Source: Salisapilia sapeloensis CBS 127946 (lineage: Eukaryota > Protista > Oomycota). Taken from it: a stretch of 58,174 nucleotides of DNA. The first letter of the stretch is position 1. Each line of letters begins with the position of its first letter. The translations under genes and the position numbers were made by a program. This document shows positions 50,997 through 58,174 of this stretch, in pieces. The stretch is taken from positions 1-58,174 of the forward strand of contig JAADVB010000107.1 in assembly GCA_023334545.1 (NCBI GenBank), given 5' to 3'. A model generated the notes under the pieces. The model saw only the letters and a program-made list of their open reading frames with translations, was not told where the DNA came from and made no database searches.

Positions 50997-53900
50997 ATGG
51001 ACGAACGTCGAGCCCGATGGCAGCGCAGTTTCACGCTCGTGGATGCGAGCTTTTGTTTCTTAGCAAAGCACCGAGCTGTGTTAAGTGTTCGCAATGTGTT
51101 GAATATGGTCCATAGCTTAGATACGACATATAGTATGACTGTGAACGAATTGCGTGAACTCACTCGAGTCGCACCACATTTGATCAAGCTGCAGTCCGCC
51201 AAGGAAGACAGTGTCCAGCATAAAGGTTCTACCCGATCTATTTGCATCCATATACTCGCATTCATAGTCGGCTGTAGATGACATGTTTCGACAGCCAGAA
51301 GACGTACCGCAGGAGACGACAGTCGTCTCCTTCCCAACCATTCCACATCCGTCCAAACGGGCATCCACAAAGCGTCTAAAGCAATTTAAACAAGCTCTGG
51401 AGCAATATAAAGATCCACCTCAGCAAGATGAAATAACAGAACCAGCAGTTAAAAGCACACAGCTGCTCCCGCCCGTTGCGAATGACTATCTCGAAATTCT
51501 GTGGTACGCCGACTTTTACGACAATCAGATCACATTTGCAAAGCAGATAGAAGGTCGAGAAGGAAGGTACCGAGACATTACAGAGCTGAAGTTATCACCT
51601 GTATTAGCTGAAAGTCTACATGCCAAAGGGATTGACCGTATCTACTCGCATCAGTTCCAAGCCATACACAGCTTACTCTACGATGGAGATAACGTTGCTC
51701 TCGCTACATCTACAGCCAGTGGAAAGTCTCTCACCTATACTGTACACATGCTATCGACTCTCCTGGCAGACGATCAAGCCACGTTTCTCTACCTCTTTCC
51801 TACGAAAGCACTTGCACAAGATCAGCTGCAAGCGACTCGATCCTACCTCGAGTCCGTTCACTTGCCTCTTCATCTAGCAGAAACATTTGATGGAGATACA
51901 CCGATGAGAGAGCGACGACAGGTCATACAGGACACGCGTGTCTTCTTCTCCAACCCAGACATGCTTCATCTTTCCATTCTGCCAAACCATAAACAGTGGA
52001 AGCGCATGCTCTCCCACTTAAAGCTCGTGGTAATTGATGAAGCACACATGTATCATGGCATCTTTGGCTCCCACGTCTCTCTTGTTCTGCGTCGTCTTTT
52101 TCGTCTCTGTGCTTACTACGGTTCAAATCCACAGGTGATCACTTGCTCCGCGACCATTCCGAACGTATCAGACCATTTCAAATCCTTGCTACCGACCCTC
52201 CCATCCCCAGACGATGCTCTTCCATCCCATTTTGACTTTTTCCGACAACGAAATCTCCGTGAAATTACAAAGGATGGTTCTCCAACAGCGTCAAAGTGCT
52301 TCTGTCTGTGGAACCCAAAGCAAAGGAGTGAAGCATCGGAGACGAAGGAGGACGAGACGGACAAAACCCGAGTATCTATATCGCCAATCTATCAAACATC
52401 TCTCCTCTTGACAGCCTTAATAAAGAAACAAGTGGCAACGTTAGTCTTTTGCCGTGGTCGAAAAGTAGCAGAGCTCGTCCTCATAAATGCACATGCGAAC
52501 TTAAGAGGCAAGGACAAGGCACTGCGGAAGATGATTGCGTGCTATCGAGGTGGATACTCTACGTTCGATCGACGTCGCATTGAGCAAAAGCTTTGGAATA
52601 ATGAACTGCGAGGTGTCGTGTCAACAAACGCATTGGAAGTAGGTGTAGATATACAGCAAATGGACGTGACAGTCCATTTGGGACTACCATCCAGTATCTC
52701 TTCCCTGTACCAACAGGCAGGACGAGCTGGACGACGAAAGGGCCAAGGCAAGACGTCCTCTCTAGCTGTCATCGTCTGCTTCGACTCTCCACTCGACCAA
52801 TACTTTGCCAAGCATGGAGACGAGCTCTTCCATCAGTCTCCAGAGAGTGTGGTTTTGAATCCAACGAACCCTCAAGTGTTGGAACAACATTTACTCTGTG
52901 CCGCAAAGGAATTGGCTTTATTTTCCAAAAGCAGTGGTACCCAGATCATTGATTCCTATGTCTTTGACAAACCGTTTAAAGTTGTGGACAAGCTGGTAAG
53001 AGAGAAGAAACTCATGAAAGGGGATGAGGAGTGGAGGGTGCACTATGCTGTTCGCAAAGGAGACTACATCGTCAACTTGCGCTCCATTAGTGATATTAAC
53101 TATAAGGTGCGTATATTTGTATACACTATGCAAGGTCAGACGTCTCACGCTATGCTTAGGTGGTTACGGACGATTCGTATCAGCAAGAGATAGACACTAT
53201 AGCTGGAGACAGAGCTTTCTTTCAAGTGTATCCCACCGCAGTCTACTTACATCAGGCAAAGGAATACCTCATCACAAAGCTGGACGTATCAACCCGAACG
53301 GCCTACGCAAAGCTCGTGACTACCCCACTCCAGTACTTTACTAGCTGCCGCGACTACACGGACTTAAATGTTCTGCACATCCAGCATACAAAACGGTATA
53401 CTGATTCGACGGGCGATGATCTACTCGTCCAAAAAGGAATCATTGGTGTCACGACACAAGTGTTTGGGAGCTTTCTATTGGAAAAGAAGAGCATGAAAGT
53501 TCTTCAGACGAACGAGTTCGCACTGCCTCCGATTGAAATGACGGCTGAAGGACTGTGGTTTGAATTCCCACAGTCACTGCGAGATCGAGTAGAAAAGGAA
53601 AGGAAGTTGGACTGGAAAGGAAGTTTACACGGTGCTGGTCATTTGGCTGCTGAAGTCGTGCAGCTTTTCGTCAAATGCTCAAGCTCCGACATTAACACGC
53701 AGCACTACCATCCGTTGGAAAAGCGACAGAGGTGACAATTGGATTAGGATATGTATTCGTCAAAGTGCTAATTCGGATATTATACAGCTCCAATCGACTG
53801 ACACTATACGAGGCGAGAGAAGGTGGAAGTGGAATCATTCCATTTCTTTTACAGATTCTACCCCAGGTGGCTACTTGTCTTTCTATATATCCATTGCCAT

Positions 53901-54121
53901 GCACTGATATAAATTGTTCGGTTCCGTGCCTTCAGCTCATCGATCGCATATGGACAATTGCAAACGAATGTGACTGCACGTACGGATGTCCAGCATGCTT
54001 CCAATCGGTTAGCTGTCCAGAATTTAACGTCGTGCTCGACAAGCAGGGCGCACTCGTAGTTTTAGACTACTTAAAGAAACGATTCGCATATGCTGATGGC
54101 CAACCTCCACTACCAACATAA
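50997..54121 (+). CDS. HRQ1: Hrq1/MrfA-family (RecQ4-like) DEAH helicase with DUF1998/MZB zinc domain
   Basis: ATSTASGKS, YLFPTKALAQDQ, VVIDEAH, CSAT, STNALEVGVDI and QQAGRAGRR, plus C-terminal TLYEAREGGSG and CDCTYGCPACFQSVSC. Four introns of ~50-66 nt. Confidence 0.92.
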
Positions 54122-55328
54122 TATTTTTAAAACTTGAACAAGCTTTATCTTCTTGTATGTTAAAAGTACCAATTGTTCTCGTCTAGATCGATTTCTTGCG
54201 AAATGATGGCTGGCTCTATTCAAACTTTGCTATGGCTGTTCATTGACTTGCTGGACTCAAATCGTCGGACCTTTAAATGACATATTTAAGGCTCCTGAAA
54301 GCATAGCGACAGGAAACATATTGCGAAGAGTGCATTGATGAGCAGTTCTCGGAACAATAGAGTAGTGGAAAATCTCATTGGTTTCTCGATGCATTTCGAA
54401 GGATGATAGATGGAAGATGTAAATGACCGTAGTTTGAAAACTTTTGGGGCTGGACAGTGTTTTTCTTAGTTTTCCACCTTCTCTATCTACATCTATCCAT
54501 CCTAATCATCTCGGACGTTTTGTCTATCTTTCCAATTTAAAGTCACATCTTCTATTAATTTCGAGCCTTATTTAAGCCGTTCATATTTCGATATCCCATC
54601 GCGCTCATTGTGCAAGACTTTCGAAGAGACCAGGTTTTTTAGCGGTCACTTCTTCGCCAACGTGTAGTGGTCAACCGGAGGGTGAACGCAGTACGACTGA
54701 AATATCTTACACTGTTACATCACTTAATGCAATACTGCCAGGGATCTGAGTTTCTACGACCGAGATGCGCACAGCTACGAGATGCGGTCGCTAAAGAGGT
54801 GCGGTTGAAAATGTTAAAACGAGGACTCGATGGGTATTACGAAAACACAATGCGGGGTAAAAGCTTTTTAGTGCGTAGGCTGCTGATAGGTGTAGTCATC
54901 CACATTTGAATATTGTTAAGCATAAGATGACCAGTAGGCTTCCAATACTTTTCTATTTTCCTTCTACTTAGCTAGTAGTCGGTAGACTTTAATAAAAATG
55001 GCAATTTCACAGCGGTATTAGCGAACTATATACTTAAAAATATGATCAGAGGCAGACTTGAATATCTCTCCCGATCCGACGTAGCCTTCTTTTAAATTAT
55101 GAATAGTCTATGTCCGTGCTTCCTATTGAGTGATGCTATAGCACCAATAGATTGACCCAAGTCAAGCTAAGCAATAGATCGCACCTATTGGCGCTAATCT
55201 TTTCGTTCGTTTCAACTTTTATTACATAGAGCTAGCAAGTCTATTAAATGCTGCTACGCTTGGACTATATTTGAAAAGCATTTCGCTACTTCACAAGCTG
55301 GAACTACCGATCAACACAAACCAGCAGT

Positions 55329-57887
55329 ATGCGGTCGAACACTCGTATCTGCGATAGTGATGCTGCCACTACGGAAGGGAATGGAAAATCAAAGAAAAAT
55401 ATACGGAAAGACACTAGTTCCGAGTCTCCATTAGTCACGGACAACTTGGATGAAGATTATATCACTTCCAAACGGTCTGCAGTCAAACCGCTCCCGGCGA
55501 GTGTTAATTCATCCACCAAGATTTCTCAACGTCAGGCGAGCCTAGCAACGGTCATCCCACAAAGCAACTTTTCTTTTTTTGGTGTGTTTGGACGATACGG
55601 ACCTCCGCTATTAGCTCTTGCCATAACTTCGATCATTTGGGTGGTGTGGCTCATCGCACTAAACATGTATCCAAATGAAATGGCCAATGTGCTCACAGGT
55701 ACATCTGGCTACGACGACGGTGAATTTTGGCTTATTGGAAAGCCAAATCTAGGACTCACGGTAATAAGCGTTATCAGCTTGACGGTTGTCACTTTGCTGT
55801 ATGCAAAGGTGTTGGTTTTGCTTGTCTTCCGAGGCGCAACCAAATCGATTTTTAAGCAGCAGCATCGAATTGCTCGAAACAAATCTTTCTCTAAGAGGCT
55901 ATCATTTCTTCTCCAACCCATTAACGATGTTTTAGATTATGAGGGACCATATCGCCGTCTATGGGTATGCACCGATCTTTATTGTACTTAACTCCATTAT
56001 AAATGCTACAGCTGAATGCATTGTTTGGTTAGAACACCGGGCAGGAAGTTTTCGACATTACATTGCAAGCAACCGCGCTCTATCGGCTTATGGAGTCAGG
56101 CTCACTCGAACTTATGTATGCCTGTGGAGCATTAATATTCTGCAATTGTATCTCGTACGCTGGATTGATAGTCTGCGGGAGGCGCGTATCATCCTTCGCT
56201 GAAGCTGTGATCGGACTAGTGTGCGTACATCTTACACTTTATGATAGACTACCTGCTCACCATACCTTTTTCTAACAGTTTCGACACAATGATCGCGATC
56301 GGCTTTCCGATGACTGCTCTGTTTTTCTGTTTATCAACTTTAAAACTGGATCACGATATGCTGGATTTGAACGATGAGGTTCTTCCAAGAGGCTACTTTG
56401 GTCGGATTGCTCGGCTTGCAGCTGACCCAATAGAGACAACGCGATTCCTGGTCAGCTTTAACGCCCTTTGTATTCGTCATTTTTCAGAATTTGCTGTGCA
56501 AATAGCCCTGCACTTGTCCTCATCCTATCGCTTAATTAAAATCACCGAAACTTTAATATATGAAGCGAGTAGCCTCAAGACGAATTCGCAACCGATTTGT
56601 GTAAAACGGGTGAAGCCGAAACAGATAGAAGTGCCTCGAATAGTAGCGATCTTATTCGTAGCATGCGCTGCCCTTGCACTTGCCGTTCCAATGGAGGCTG
56701 TCCGATACTCTGAAGCCGCTTGCTTGCATCAGCCTGAGTGCGTCATTTTTGCCTATCGTTGGCAAAAAACAGATACCTGTCCTTGCCTTGGGCTCGTGGA
56801 CGTTGAAAAATCACCCAAGAGTTACGAAGAGTGGTTGGAACCAAAAGATGCGACGAACACCTTAAAAAAGCTGTCAACTTCAGGGGATCTACTTATAATA
56901 AAAATTATCAATCGAAGTGTGAAGGAATTACCGAAGGGAATGGCTCGTTGTACAAACCTGAGACAAATGTACGTGTGGATGGACAACTACCCGTATCATT
57001 TGTTCTTACATCAACATGCTCTACTTCAACACGTAGGTACCTGATGTACACTGGACTGATGGAGATACCTGACTGGGCCAACGCACTTTCAAATCTTGAA
57101 ATACTGTACGTTGGTGATGTTGCAATCTTTTGTTTATACTCAATACTTTTGCCTTAGGCACATTGAAGGCAAAGTGGAAGACACCAATTTGGTTCGGATT
57201 CCTGGAAACTTTTTTGACAATAAGCAGCGCCTTGTCTTTCTTCACCTCGCTATACATCCTTTTCTCACAGAGATGCCCTCTTTTGACGGACTTATCAATC
57301 TTCGGACATTTACAATAGTCCAATTTCATTCAATTACAAGTCTGCCATCCTTTGAAAAAATGGGCAATCTGAAGGCGCTAGCACTGATGGATGTGCCAAG
57401 ACTACGTACTCTTCCCAGTTTCGACGCTGATGTAGATTTGAAACAGTTTGCAGTTTTATATCCAACTCCTCTGTGTTGCAATGGGTTTCTCGGGCAATGT
57501 AATCTGGAGCATCAATACTGTCGAGCAAATCCAAGCAGTGGCGGTCCTTCATCTACATGCTTGTCTGCTAATGTCAGTGTGGCATCTCCAAAGTTGTTAG
57601 CAATGTTTAGCAAATTTAATGAAACAGCGTGTCGACTACCACGAGCATCATACGAGAGTTCTATCTTAGTCCCGATGGAAGAAAGCACAAAGATATGTGG
57701 GGGTAAAATGTACAAACAATGCTCCTTAGGCACGGATAGGCCACCGTCAATTTGCTACAATCGCCGTCTGATGGCTATTATGTGCATTACCGATCCCACT
57801 TTCATAGAGCTTCGTAAGCAGCAAATCGAGAGGAACATTGGGCCTCCGTGTGATCCGGAGGTCGAAGCTTGGCTAGGGTGCAAATGA
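55329..57887 (+). CDS. Oomycete WLGC-family multi-pass membrane protein with extracellular LRRs and a Cys-rich C-terminus
   Basis: Several TM segments, CxxFAYRW...CPCLGLVD, LRRs (LKALALMDVPRLRTLPSF) and terminal CDPEVEAWLGCK. Multi-exon. Confidence 0.85.
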
Positions 57888-58174
57888 TAGACGCCACTTG
57901 GTATCTGGAAACTCTTTTTTTGAATAATTAATTTTCGCTTGGTTTTTCAGTAAATTATTAACATTCATACATATAACTTTTACTTGTTAATTTCTCAAAA
58001 GTTCGAAAGTTTCAAGGTATGTCCTTTTCATATAGTCATGTAGGTTGGATCCTGGACAGCAAGTTATAGAGCTAGCCAGGTGCGGAATTCTTTGGTGTAG
58101 CACAGAGCGCTCTGTGGTTACAAGTAGGATACTCCACACACTGCTATGTTCATCAACCGCATAACCGATCGGGA

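Noticed and set aside
54667-54909. 80-aa ORF in the spacer before the WLGC gene
   Set aside because: It starts at GTG, has no motif and lies in AT-rich intergenic DNA.
1-58174. CRISPR arrays, rRNA genes, prokaryotic operons
   Set aside because: No regularly spaced direct repeats or rRNA-like sequence. Spliceosomal introns and the gene content are eukaryotic.

Overview
Gene-dense eukaryotic DNA, almost certainly from an oomycete (peronosporalean, Pythium/Phytophthora-like). The evidence is a WLGC-type LRR membrane protein, a GPCR-INPP fusion, RWP-RK factors, INR/FPR core promoters and short GT-AG introns (~44-66 nt). It holds about 24 protein-coding genes, and I found no rRNA, tRNA or CRISPR array. 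Housekeeping genes: ATG7, SSADH, UPF2, SLC25A44-like carrier, COX5B, TRAPPC10, CAF-1 p150, PTB-like RRM protein and Hrq1/MrfA helicase. Flagellar genes: LC8-type dynein light chain, PACRG and a CFAP57-like coiled coil. Secreted enzymes: a GH3 and a GH-like/FGE-fold protein. Best candidate for a new system: an intronless 931-aa NLR-like protein (33553-36348) combining a caspase-like CHAT protease with intact His/Cys dyad, an NB-ARC/STAND ATPase and a STAT-type linker+SH2 module in place of sensor repeats. Second: a Tc3-transposase HTH exon that can be spliced in frame onto mitochondrial SSADH through tandem 3' splice sites. Others are an Asp/Asn beta-hydroxylase-sulfotransferase fusion, a cysteine-free COX5B and an RWP-RK+Myb fusion. 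All domain calls are motif recognition by eye. No database searches were run, and exon boundaries were inferred manually.
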